A DNA stretch of 45,715 bases from an uncultured virus (IMG/VR IMGVR_UViG_2061766007_004262) (IMGVR_UViG_2061766007_004262), one strand, 5' to 3'; positions 1 through 10,871 are shown, numbered from the stretch's first letter. Notes: generated from the letters alone by a model not told the origin. Numbers and translations are program-made.

Positions 1-207
1 TCCTCTTCTTACAGCTTCCCCAATTTGCGCAACTTATTGTACCTTATCCTTTACCGCCTGCCGGAGGGTACCAGCCCGGTCCTCTGCCGTCAAGGGTGCC
101 TTGCACTTGTCTTGCCCTTGACGGCAGATGCCCGGCTTGGTATTGAGCAGGCAAGGCGCTTAAGAACAAATTTGCGCAAAACTATTGACAGTACCTTCGA
201 CCCCCCC

Positions 208-2288
208 AGACCGTCCGAAAACCTCGTAATTTCAACGAATTTCAATCATTTGGACAGCCAAATTCTTAGTTCTCCGTCCGGAATTCTCAATTCCGGTTCT
301 CGAACCTTGGCAACTGAATAAAATACGCTATTTGGCTGGTATCAGACAGGTGTTATCAGGGATTATCCCCTTACTTTCTGCATCAGTCTCCCAAAACCGA
401 AGAGGTTTTCAACTCTTGCCAGATCGTATCCCATCGATAGGAGCGCAAATTCACCATTGGTTTTCAGTTTTCCCTTGAGAAGGAAGAATGTTGCTCCCAT
501 CGCCTGTTTCAGTGTCCCAAACGGATGCTCCGAAAGGCACATCCTCTGGTTCATCTTCTTCCGGTCCGGCTTCAGTTTGAATCGCACGACTTTGACTTTC
601 TCAAACTGACGTTTCTTTGGAGGATTCGGCGGATCCTTCCTGTTTGAATCATCGTCGTTATCATGTGAATACCATTTTGCCGGTCGTTCCAGTTTGTCCT
701 TGTTGAAGTCAACTTCCTTCCATTTTGTGATTCCCCGGTCTGTAACGCACCGCCCTCTGTATGGACAAAGGAAACAGGCATGCTTGTTGGCATATCTGGT
801 CACGCCGTTTTTCTTAATGCTCTTCTTTCGAAGAGTGTTTCCTCCCGGGCAGTACACCAGATCCCGTTCCGGATCGCGAACAAAGTATCCTTCTTTGGCT
901 CTGGCTTTCATTACTTCTTCAGAACCATAAGGACTTTCTGGCTTTGGATCATTCTCATTCCGGATCATCCGGCGGACTTCGACCACTTCAATATCCTTCA
1001 GGATTCCTTCATAAGCTTTCGGGATAACACCGGCATGGAGGCATTTCTTCAGTTCATCACGGTTTGTACTTTCTGGATGAAGATCATCGGCTTCCAGGTA
1101 CTCAGTCTCCAACTCATATTCATCTTTTCCATCCGGAAGAATCACATGAGGGATTACGCCATTCTCCAGGCAGGCAATCATATCTTCGGCCTTATCGTAT
1201 CCTTTGTCCGCTACAGCATCCAGAATTTTATCCGAATCCTGCTTCAAGCCTTCGGTTGTTGGAGCGATCATGCCGTGATCTGTTGCTTGGTTTGTTACCT
1301 CATAATCCATGATCAGATGCGTTTCGGAGCTGACCGCAGTCTGCACATTGTAGGATACATCTATCCCGTTCTTGCTTTTCATCAACCGCGCATCTGCATC
1401 TGTAAGGGAAAGTTGTGTCAGGTTGTCCTTTTCCATGATTTCCCTGTAGCTGCGATACTTTTCCAGGCGTTCCTGCGCTTCCTTCAGCTTCGCTTCGAGC
1501 TCTTCCTTTGTCAGCGTTCCTTCTGAATCCTCTTCTTTATCTGCCTCTTCAATCAGCCGAAGATATTCCTGAGTATGATCATCCAGCCATTTAATTCGAT
1601 CGTCCAGCTTCATAATTGTGAAGTTGCGATCCTTGGAATTTACTGCCCGGAACTTGCTGCCGTCGATTGATACGAAACCAGTATCAACATCCACAGTCAC
1701 CCGACGAACAAATTCCTTGAAGACTTTTTTCAGGTTCGAGATATTCTCTTTCCTGAAATCGAAAATCGTTCTGAAATCCGGCTTCAGACCACCAAGCATC
1801 CAGATCACTTCGATATTGGTCTCACAAGCCTTAGCCAGTTTCCTGGAAGATCGGATGCTGTTGCGATAACCGTAAAAGTACAGTTTCAGCAGACTTGCCG
1901 GATCAAAGCAAGGACGCCCTTCAAAGCTTGGATCTGTCTTTGTGAATCCCATATCTTTCAAATCAAGGTGATCCACAAAGCAATCGATAACTCTGGCCAT
2001 GCTGTCCCACGGTACCATAGTGTCCAAGCTGTCCATCGTAACCTGATATCGATCAATCGGCTTCGGGATATATGGCATTCGGAGCACCTCCCAATATCTT
2101 GTTCTGAGCTACTTCTATTATACCATATATCGGCCTGAAAGTCTTTGCTTTCAACGTTCGTAGCGTATTTTATTCAGTTATCAAGGTGCGATTCCGTATA
2201 TTGAGATGAGAAACAATTTTGTTCTCATGGACGGACACATTACCGGGAGATCACCCTTCAGAAGCTCTCAGAGGTTTTCGGACGGTCT
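208..2288 (-). mobile_element. IS1182-family insertion sequence, complete
   Basis: Perfect 18-bp terminal inverted repeats: AGACCGTCCGAAAACCTC (208-225) and GAGGTTTTCGGACGGTCT (2271-2288). Both ends abut C-runs, consistent with a 4-5 bp CCCC(C) target duplication. One transposase ORF lies inside. Confidence 0.92.
363..2078 (-). CDS. IS1182-family DDE transposase
   Basis: N-terminal GRPCFDPASLLKLYFYGY...SSRKL...PDFRTI (DUF772-like), IDGSKFRA, TDADARLMK, YNVQTAV, VADKGY and C-terminal EHPFGTLK. The ATG at 2078 is preceded by GGAGG. Confidence 0.93.
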   Translation of the reverse strand: MPYIPKPIDRYQVTMDSLDTMVPWDSMARVIDCFVDHLDLKDMGFTKTDPSFEGRPCFDPASLLKLYFYGYRNSIRSSRKLAKACETNIEVIWMLGGLKPDFRTIFDFRKENISNLKKVFKEFVRRVTVDVDTGFVSIDGSKFRAVNSKDRNFTIMKLDDRIKWLDDHTQEYLRLIEEADKEEDSEGTLTKEELEAKLKEAQERLEKYRSYREIMEKDNLTQLSLTDADARLMKSKNGIDVSYNVQTAVSSETHLIMDYEVTNQATDHGMIAPTTEGLKQDSDKILDAVADKGYDKAEDMIACLENGVIPHVILPDGKDEYELETEYLEADDLHPESTNRDELKKCLHAGVIPKAYEGILKDIEVVEVRRMIRNENDPKPESPYGSEEVMKARAKEGYFVRDPERDLVYCPGGNTLRKKSIKKNGVTRYANKHACFLCPYRGRCVTDRGITKWKEVDFNKDKLERPAKWYSHDNDDDSNRKDPPNPPKKRQFEKVKVVRFKLKPDRKKMNQRMCLSEHPFGTLKQAMGATFFLLKGKLKTNGEFALLSMGYDLARVENLFGFGRLMQKVRG

Positions 2289-2691
2289 CCCCCAGGGAAA
2301 AATTTCCGGTGGTGACCATCGCTTTGATCGCCGGTGCCCGATTATTCCAAACGACAGTCCGAATAATGGCTGTCAGATGTCAAATTTCTGAAATCTCGTG
2401 TCCAGTTTTTGTTGATTACTGCAACAGTGAGCGATAGCTTGGCTATGTGAAATTTGATCGAAATTGCAATTGACCATGGAACCGTTCGATAATTCTCAAT
2501 AATCGCATGATTCAAATGATGGTCTGCGGTTATTCTAGCATTTCTTTTTGAAATATCGAGCGATTTCATTTTCCATTCACAGCCGGATATATTAACGCCA
2601 TCATTACCTTCAAGACCAGGTACAACTTTCATGTTGAGATAAATTAGCCGTTGTAAGAATTTGGCTCCATTATCCTAAAAGATGTTACTTT

Positions 2692-2970
2692 GATGCGTCA
2701 GCAAACTAGTAAACTCCTGACTCCTACCTCCACACTGCTCCCTATTTTCCCTTCCGCCCGATCCTCTGCGCGAGCTTGGTTACCTCCACGATGGGGATCA
2801 CCATCAGCGCGATGCCGACCGCCAGGGCGAAGGANNNNNNNNNNGCACTGCTCCCTATTTTCCCTTCCGCCCGATCCTTAGTCAGGAGTTAGGAGTCAGG
2901 AGTTTTAGTTGCTTGGATGCGTCAGCAAAACTATAAAAACTCCACACTCCTGACTCCACACTCCACACTG
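2692..2970. repeat. Palindromic element built from heptamer units, downstream of the ATPase (two variant copies)
   Basis: AGGAGTT/AGGAGTC units (about 2879-2904) face ACTCCAC/ACTCCTG units (about 2939-2969) around a GATGCGTCAGCAAA core. A half copy sits at 2692-2736. Confidence 0.55.
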
Positions 2971-2974
2971 ATCC

Positions 2975-4600
<1,626 letters not shown>

Positions 4601-4610
4601 NNNNNNNNNN

Positions 4611-4778
4611 GGCATCACAGCCATGAAGGCGCTTCTGGGAAGAAAACGATTTGACGAAATCCTGGGCGGACTTACGTTCAAGCCGCCGGGAAAGCCAACC
4701 TTAGTACCTGAGTCGGACAAGCGTCCGGCCATGACTACAGCGAAAAACGATTTTGAGGAGGATACTATCCATGAGTAA
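4611..4778 (+). CDS. DUF2800-family phage protein (PD-(D/E)xK exonuclease-like), C-terminal fragment
   Basis: GITAMKALLGRKRFDEILGGL..KPPGKPTLVPESDKRPAM matches the typical DUF2800 C-terminus, and it sits directly upstream of DUF2815 and polA. Confidence 0.75.
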   Translation, partial: GITAMKALLGRKRFDEILGGLTFKPPGKPTLVPESDKRPAMTTAKNDFEEDTIHE

Positions 4779-5332
4779 GTTCGTAAATCCCTGCAAAGTA
4801 ATCACCGGTCCCAACACCCGCTGGTCCTACGCAAATGTGTGGGAAGCCCGCTCGATCAATGGCGGGACGCCCAAGTTCTCCATCTCCCTGATCATCCCGA
4901 AAACGGATACTGCCACCATCGAGAAGATCAACCGCGCCATCCAGGCTGCGTATGAGGAAGGCCAGAGCAAGCTGAAGGGCACCAGCAAGTACATGCCCGC
5001 ACTTGAGGATATCAAGACTCCGCTGCGCGACGGCGACAAAGAGCGCAAGGGCGATCCCACCTATGCCGGGTGCATGTTCATCAACGCCAACAGCAGCACC
5101 GCGCCTGGAATCGTGGANNNNNNNNNNGCCCATACTTGAACGCTCCGAGGTGTACTCCGGCGTCTACGGCCGGGCCAGCATCACGCTGTATGCCTTCAAC
5201 AGCAACGGCAACCGGGGCATCGCCTGCGGCCTGAACAACCTGCAGAAGATCCGCGACGGTGAGCCACTGGGCAGCCGCAGCCGGGCTGAGGACGACTTCG
5301 ATACCGAAGACGATGACGATTTCCTGTCATAA
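4771..5332 (+). CDS. DUF2815 phage ssDNA-binding protein (T7 gp2.5-like), with a 10-N gap
   Basis: TRWSYANVWE...PKFSISLIIPK...PLRDGD...EVYSGVYGRAS...GIACGLNNLQKIRDGEPL, ending in an acidic tail. GAGGA RBS. Confidence 0.88.
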
Positions 5333-5372
5333 AAAAACACCGGGCGGCAGAGTTGTGAACTCTGCTGCCCGG
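5331..5372. terminator. Strong GC-rich hairpin between ssb and the polymerase gene
   Basis: CCGGGCGGCAGAGTT-GTG-AACTCTGCTGCCCGG, preceded by an A-run (a U-tract on the minus strand). Confidence 0.6.
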
Positions 5373-5393
5373 CGCATACGAATGGAGTAGAAA

Positions 5394-8303
5394 ATGAAGT
5401 CGATTTCAATCGATATCGAGTCCCGCAGCGGCGTTGATCTCGGAAAATGCGGAGTTTATAAGTATGTTGAGAGCCCGGACTTCGATATACTGCTTTTAGG
5501 CTACGCAGTTGATGGAAGCGAGGTTAAGGTCGTTGATTTGGCGCGCGGAGAGCAGCTCCCTGAGGAAGTATTGCAGGCAATTGCGGGTGATGATGTAATA
5601 AAATGGGCATTTAATGCGGGATTTGAGCGTATCTGTTTGTCTGCGTGGCTAAGGAAGCACTGTCCTGATCTGTTTCGTGGTTACGGTATACCGGAGGACA
5701 CCGTGGGCAATTATCTCGATCCGCGATCATGGCGCTGCTCCATGGTGTGGTCGGCTTATCTGGGTCTGCCGTTATCGCTTCAGGGCGTCGGCGCTGTGCT
5801 GAAACTGGAAGACCAGAAAATGACAGAGGGTAAGGCGCTCATCCGATATTTCTGCATGCCATGCAAGCCGACCGCGTCTAACGGCGGCAGGACATGGAAT
5901 CTCCCGGAGCACGCGCCCGACAAATGGGCTGTTTTTAAGGAATATAATAAACGAGACGTTGAGGTGGAAATGGCGATACAGAAAAAGCTGGCCGCCTTTC
6001 CTGTTCCCGATTCCGTTTGGAGTGAATACCATCTGTCCGAAGAAATAAACGACAGGGGCATCGCACTGGACAGGGAGATGGTCAGACAGGCCATAGCCTT
6101 TGACGATCTATCCCGGGACGAGCTCTCCGCCGAGATGCAGCGGCTGACGCAGATGGAGAATCCAAACTCCGTTGCGCAGATGAAACAATGGCTTGCCGAT
6201 CACGGCATGGAAGTCGAATCGCTGGACAAAAAGGCTGTAAAAGAGCTGCTGAAAACCGCGCCGCCGGAGCTGGCAAAAGCGCTGGAGCTTCGTCAGCAGC
6301 TTGCCCGGTCGAGCGTGAAGAAGTACATCGCCATGGAGAATTGCGTCTGTGCTGACGGGCGCTGCCGGGGAATGTTTCAGTTCTACGGAGCCAACCGCTC
6401 CGGGCGCTGGGCTGGACGGCTGGTGCAGTTGCAGAATTTGCCGCAGAATCACATTCCCGATCTTGCCGCGGCCCGCAGTCTGGTCAAGGCCGGCGACTAT
6501 GAAATGTTCAGGTTGCTGTATGAGGATGTGCCCGATACCCTTAGCCAGCTGGTCCGGACGGCGTTTGTGCCGAAACCGGGTTACAAGTTTATCGTCAGCG
6601 ACTTCAGTGCCATTGAAGCCAGAGTGATTGCTTATCTTGCCGGAGAGCAATGGCGATTAGATTTGTTCGCCCGTGGCGGTGATATCTACTGTCAAAGTGC
6701 CAGTCAAATGTTCAAAGTTCCGGTTGAAAAGCATGGCGTCAACGGACATCTTCGTCAAAAGGGAAAAATCGCAGAACTCGCCTGCATTGCCGAAGGCCAA
6801 CTTGTGCTCACTAACCATGGAGAAAAGCCCATAGAAGATGTTTTGTTAGACGATCTTGTATGGGATGGTACAGCGTGGGTACAGCATGAAGGCGTTGTCT
6901 ACAATGGAATCCGGGAGGTTATCACATATGAAGGACTTACAGCAACACCTGGCCACTTCATCTGGATTGAGGGGGAATCGGAGCCCGTACAGTTTGGATT
7001 CGCCGCCGCCAGCGGCGCACATCTCTTACAAACCGGAAATGGTGGGCAGGCAATACGGCTGGGTGAGCATTATCAGTCCGGAGAAACGCTGGAACCGGAC
7101 ATGGGATCACTGTTATGTGCTGACTCGCTGCACGGGATGCGGCGCTGTTCAGTGGCAGTTCATGGATCTGCTGACCCGCGGAAAGTCTCAAGGCTGTCAG
7201 GCATGTTCACAGCCCCGGCGGATACCGAAATGGCTGGATCGGAGGCTGACAGCGGCAAAGCAACGGTGCGAGAATCCGAAAGATCCGGAGTATCAGCATT
7301 ACGGCGGCAGAGGAATACAGTTTCAGTTCCCCAGCGTCCTGGAAGCGGGACTTTATCTGATCAGGAGATACGGGTTGCCGGACAGAGCGTTGGAACTGGA
7401 TCGGATATATACGAACAGTCATTATGCCCCCGGGAACATCCGCTTTGTCACCAGGGCGCAGAATCAAGCAAACCGGAGAAATACAGTACTGAGCGAATTC
7501 GCACAGGAGTACTGGCCGTATGTCCGCAACGTTGTTGTCCGGAAACTTTCACAGGGGTTGACCAGAGACGAGATCATTCGGGACGCAGAGATGGCAGTAC
7601 TCGAGAGAAGAAAGAACTGGAGGCTCATCAGTGCGCGGCTCGACTTTATGACATACGAAATGCCGGACCACATCACCGTTTTACCGTATCGGGGAAGCTC
7701 GTCCACAACTGTGGATACGGCGGCAGTGTCGGCGCTTTAAAAGCCATGGGCGCTCTGGACATGGGCTTGAAGGAGGAGGAACTTCAGCCGCTGGTCACGG
7801 CGTGGCGCGAATCCAATCCCAACATTGTGTCTTTCTGGTGGGATGTCGATGAATCGGTAAAGAAAGCTGTCCGGCAAAAGATAGAAACAGAAACACACGG
7901 CCTCCGCTTTACCTGCTTAAGCGGTATGCTTTTCATCACCCTGCCCTCCGGCAGGCGGTTGGCCTATGTGAAACCGAAGATTGGAATCAACAAGTTCGGC
8001 GGGGAATCCGTCACCTATGAAGGCGTCGGCACCACCAAAAAATGGGAACGAATCGAAAGCTATGGGCCGAAATTTGTGGAAAACATTGTTCAAGCAATCA
8101 GCAGGGACATCCTGTGTTACGTCATGCGAACGCTGAGCCACTGCTTCATCTGCGGACATGTGCATGATGAGCTGATCATAGAAGCCAGCGAGGGTGTGGA
8201 TCTGCAGGCAGTCTGTGAGCAGATGGGACGAGTGCCACCGTGGCTGCCGGGAGCTGTGCTAAGGGCTGAAGGGTATGAGTGCAGATTTTATCAGAAGCAG
8301 TGA
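5394..8303 (+). CDS. Phage-type family A DNA polymerase containing an intein
   Basis: 3'-5' exonuclease motifs (SIDIES, AFNAGFER, YNKRDVE), RSGRWAGRLVQLQNLP, motif A SDFSAIEAR, motif B RQKGKIAELA/CGYGG split by the intein, ENIVQAISRD, and motif C HVHDE. Confidence 0.95.
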   Translation: MKSISIDIESRSGVDLGKCGVYKYVESPDFDILLLGYAVDGSEVKVVDLARGEQLPEEVLQAIAGDDVIKWAFNAGFERICLSAWLRKHCPDLFRGYGIPEDTVGNYLDPRSWRCSMVWSAYLGLPLSLQGVGAVLKLEDQKMTEGKALIRYFCMPCKPTASNGGRTWNLPEHAPDKWAVFKEYNKRDVEVEMAIQKKLAAFPVPDSVWSEYHLSEEINDRGIALDREMVRQAIAFDDLSRDELSAEMQRLTQMENPNSVAQMKQWLADHGMEVESLDKKAVKELLKTAPPELAKALELRQQLARSSVKKYIAMENCVCADGRCRGMFQFYGANRSGRWAGRLVQLQNLPQNHIPDLAAARSLVKAGDYEMFRLLYEDVPDTLSQLVRTAFVPKPGYKFIVSDFSAIEARVIAYLAGEQWRLDLFARGGDIYCQSASQMFKVPVEKHGVNGHLRQKGKIAELACIAEGQLVLTNHGEKPIEDVLLDDLVWDGTAWVQHEGVVYNGIREVITYEGLTATPGHFIWIEGESEPVQFGFAAASGAHLLQTGNGGQAIRLGEHYQSGETLEPDMGSLLCADSLHGMRRCSVAVHGSADPRKVSRLSGMFTAPADTEMAGSEADSGKATVRESERSGVSALRRQRNTVSVPQRPGSGTLSDQEIRVAGQSVGTGSDIYEQSLCPREHPLCHQGAESSKPEKYSTERIRTGVLAVCPQRCCPETFTGVDQRRDHSGRRDGSTREKKELEAHQCAARLYDIRNAGPHHRFTVSGKLVHNCGYGGSVGALKAMGALDMGLKEEELQPLVTAWRESNPNIVSFWWDVDESVKKAVRQKIETETHGLRFTCLSGMLFITLPSGRRLAYVKPKIGINKFGGESVTYEGVGTTKKWERIESYGPKFVENIVQAISRDILCYVMRTLSHCFICGHVHDELIIEASEGVDLQAVCEQMGRVPPWLPGAVLRAEGYECRFYQKQ
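6783..7709 (+). mobile_element. Intein (309 aa) inserted in polymerase motif B
   Basis: Block A CIAEGQLVLT, block B LTATPGH, block F LYDIRNAGPHHRF and block G KLVHN, followed by Cys(+1). Removal restores KGKIAELA-CGYGGSVGAL. Confidence 0.93.
6994..7740 (+). CDS. Zinc-ribbon/HNH-type homing endonuclease-like protein in the +1 frame inside the intein
   Basis: VGRQYGW...CTGCG...SQGCQAC...KQRCENPKDPEYQHYGGRGI...LELDRIYTNSHYAPGNIRFVTRAQNQANRR matches the phage 'YGGRGI...DRID...Y.PGN' HNH-like family. The frame is open 6850-7740. The start is uncertain: TTG 6994 with GGAG at 6980, or ATG 7039. Confidence 0.8.
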   Translation: MDSPPPAAHISYKPEMVGRQYGWVSIISPEKRWNRTWDHCYVLTRCTGCGAVQWQFMDLLTRGKSQGCQACSQPRRIPKWLDRRLTAAKQRCENPKDPEYQHYGGRGIQFQFPSVLEAGLYLIRRYGLPDRALELDRIYTNSHYAPGNIRFVTRAQNQANRRNTVLSEFAQEYWPYVRNVVVRKLSQGLTRDEIIRDAEMAVLERRKNWRLISARLDFMTYEMPDHITVLPYRGSSSTTVDTAAVSAL

Positions 8304-8308
8304 GCAGC

Positions 8309-8338
8309 GCCTCTCTTTCGGAACGCCAGAGGAGAGGC
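8309..8338. terminator. Hairpin between the convergent polymerase and ATPase genes
   Basis: GCCTCTC...GAGAGGC stem within the 40-bp convergent intergenic gap. Confidence 0.45.
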
Positions 8339-8343
8339 ATTGC

Positions 8344-9786
8344 TTATTCAACAAGGCGACTTATTATCTCAATTTTATATACTTCTGTAAGATCGTATTC
8401 GTAGATTGAGGCGATGATAATCTGATGGTCAGCAAAGTCACGCTGAAGGATGTGAAACATCGCTGCTATGTTTTTCTGATCAACCTCTTTCCCACTCGGA
8501 GAATCAAGTATAATTGGCAGTTTAATCCCTATGGCTTTTTCAATCGCAGTAATGTATGCAAGACGGAAAGCAAAAACTGTTTTATGAAGGATCGCGCCTG
8601 ATAGCTCTTTAAGATTGCTTGTGAAAAGGTATAGTTCCCGGAACTGCTTCTCTTTTGTAAGATCAAGTTCTCCAGCATACTTGTAAGCAGTTTTGAAAAG
8701 CTCATCGACAATTGCGTTATTTACTTTTGTGGAATTAGTGATTCGCTGACGTACATCCTGCAATTGCTTGTCGATACTATCAATTATTCTTTGAATAGCG
8801 ATTGCATCGAGTGGAAGTCTTGCAATATTTTGGCTGGCAATTTCCAACATACTTGGTGCTGTGAAAAAGGACAATTGCTCATCTTCAAGTATTTGAGCCT
8901 TCTTTTTCACTTCGAGTTGCCTGCTGAGTTTTGACAGCCTTTGTGTAATAATTTTCTTTCTTGCTTCAAGTATTTCCGCATGATCATTATAACCAACAAT
9001 GTTGGCTGGTGTAACCATTATTTCTTCACCCGTGCTCGACCGCACGAAAATTTTCATATTGGAAATGAAATTAATAAATTCCTTGTTCCCACGGATGGAT
9101 TCATTAATTCTCCTCAATTCAGCACGCACTTCTCCTTGTTCCAACAGAAGTGCCTCAATTTGGATTTTTTCGCGTTCTGCGTAATCATCACCGAGAACGC
9201 TGCCCTGTTCTTCGATGATTTCCTCCCGGAACTGGGAAATGCTTAACAACTGCCTGTACTTCTTTTTGTCAGCTTCCAGTTTTTTTTGCCGAGCCAAAAG
9301 TTCGTCGCAGTTTCTATCAGATAATCCGCGAATAAGTTCTTCAATGTTAAAACTGATTGAACCGATGACCTTTCCTCGATTCAGCAGCGTCCATCCTTTT
9401 TCTTGATCCAGATAAAAAGATCCGAGAAGATTATTTAGGATATTTATGTTTTCCGTACTAAAAAGTATACCTTGGAGCTTATATTGTTCAGCCGGGAGTA
9501 TATAAGTTCTTTTTTCACCGTTGATTACCGCATCGATTGCATACTGACTTATCCTTGTTAGTGCAATCGTTCCGATACCGCATTCGACAACGCTTTCGAC
9601 TTCACATGCTTCAAAATTTATGTTCCTTGTGTTTGGTATTGGATAACCGATAGAATAGAGCAAAAACCTCAGAAGGGTTGTCTTGCCACGCGTGTTTTCG
9701 ACGCTGTGTATCAAATTAATAGCATCCGAGAAGTTGAACTTTCTCTCAAAAGTTCCTTCTTTGATTCTAATCGACACAAATTTCAT
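8344..9786 (-). CDS. Short SMC/ABC-type ATPase (Lamassu LmuB-like)
   Basis: N-terminal Walker A variant ENTRGKTT, YLDQEKGW (Q-loop), central coiled coil, LSGA signature, Walker B IILDSP and QIIIAS. It overlaps the upstream nuclease gene by 4 nt. Confidence 0.72.
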   Translation of the reverse strand: MKFVSIRIKEGTFERKFNFSDAINLIHSVENTRGKTTLLRFLLYSIGYPIPNTRNINFEACEVESVVECGIGTIALTRISQYAIDAVINGEKRTYILPAEQYKLQGILFSTENINILNNLLGSFYLDQEKGWTLLNRGKVIGSISFNIEELIRGLSDRNCDELLARQKKLEADKKKYRQLLSISQFREEIIEEQGSVLGDDYAEREKIQIEALLLEQGEVRAELRRINESIRGNKEFINFISNMKIFVRSSTGEEIMVTPANIVGYNDHAEILEARKKIITQRLSKLSRQLEVKKKAQILEDEQLSFFTAPSMLEIASQNIARLPLDAIAIQRIIDSIDKQLQDVRQRITNSTKVNNAIVDELFKTAYKYAGELDLTKEKQFRELYLFTSNLKELSGAILHKTVFAFRLAYITAIEKAIGIKLPIILDSPSGKEVDQKNIAAMFHILQRDFADHQIIIASIYEYDLTEVYKIEIISRLVE

Positions 9787-10799
9787 AATCGCAATTTCTC
9801 CTTAATTCGATCGATTTCGAATACCTGATGGATGATGCTTCCTATGGTAATCTTGATAATGTCCTCCCTTACGGATTCATCTACTGACAGTGTTTGGAAG
9901 TCCTCCAGATATTGTTTCCATTCATTACCGATGAAAGCCTTCATTTTCTCCCGCGCATTTCCCGAACTGGTGTATGAGCGGAAATCGTAGAGGACTCTCG
10001 AATAGAATTCAAATTTCTCCTGCTTGTAATTGATTACCTCGCCGTAAGATCTGATTATCTCATCATACGTTGCCGGATCATAATCTTGGCGAATCCCGTC
10101 ATCGCCACGTATGTCAGTAAGGATTGCCAAGAGCGGCCAAATAATCCCGGCTTTTGTAATGGTTACACTTTTCGCCTTTGTGCTTCCATTATGCAGCACT
10201 TGAGTCTGCCAGACTTCGAGCAATTGGTCAGTGAGATGTTCGTGGTTTGCGTTTTTTACGCCCGCTCTGCCAAGAAATGCTTTCACTACTTCTCGAACAA
10301 CTTTATAACGTTCGCTTTCATCATCGCCTACAAAAGGTATCACCTGAATCCGGAATTTTGACAGATCAATCTGTATTCCAGCTTTTGTAATAATCTTATC
10401 GATAATCGTCTTTGCTCTGTCAGGCAAGTCCTTATAGTCTTTATGCGCATGGCCATAAAAGCAATTCATTGTTGCAACATCGTTTAGAGGATTTATTGAG
10501 TTGGTCACCATCACGAGATGATGAATAGGGCTCGTTGCCTTTTGCGCTGCTTCTGACAGACTGATCAATGCCTTCTTCAGGTTCCCGCGCACATGAGAGA
10601 AATCAGATTCTGCGTTTACTACTGCCTTTGCCTGCGCAAAAATCCAGCTTCCATCGTTAAGGCGCAAGTCGATGTCCTCGTATTCACCTTCAGTACGGAC
10701 AGATTGAAGATCCACAATGTTTTCCAGCATGAGGACAATAGCGGCGTTTATTTCAAAGTTGAAGCCCAACATGACGGTGCTTGCAGATCTATCAGCCAT
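9783..10799 (-). CDS. Cap4/DUF4297-like PD-(D/E)xK endonuclease (Lamassu LmuA-like effector)
   Basis: N-terminus ASTVMLGFNFE...EGEYEDIDL...FAQAK fits the Cap4-type nuclease pattern (GF.yQ/E...E..ED....Q.K). ATG 10799 follows AGGTG. Confidence 0.7.
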   Translation of the reverse strand: MADRSASTVMLGFNFEINAAIVLMLENIVDLQSVRTEGEYEDIDLRLNDGSWIFAQAKAVVNAESDFSHVRGNLKKALISLSEAAQKATSPIHHLVMVTNSINPLNDVATMNCFYGHAHKDYKDLPDRAKTIIDKIITKAGIQIDLSKFRIQVIPFVGDDESERYKVVREVVKAFLGRAGVKNANHEHLTDQLLEVWQTQVLHNGSTKAKSVTITKAGIIWPLLAILTDIRGDDGIRQDYDPATYDEIIRSYGEVINYKQEKFEFYSRVLYDFRSYTSSGNAREKMKAFIGNEWKQYLEDFQTLSVDESVREDIIKITIGSIIHQVFEIDRIKEKLRL

Positions 10800-10871
10800 T
10801 GCCCACACCTTCTTTCTAAAAACATTCTGTGATATTTTCCAGTTATCTTTCACTGATATGATTGTGATAAC

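Noticed and set aside
2342..2632. 96-aa ORF beside the IS
   Set aside because: No recognisable motif or convincing RBS; possibly a gene remnant.
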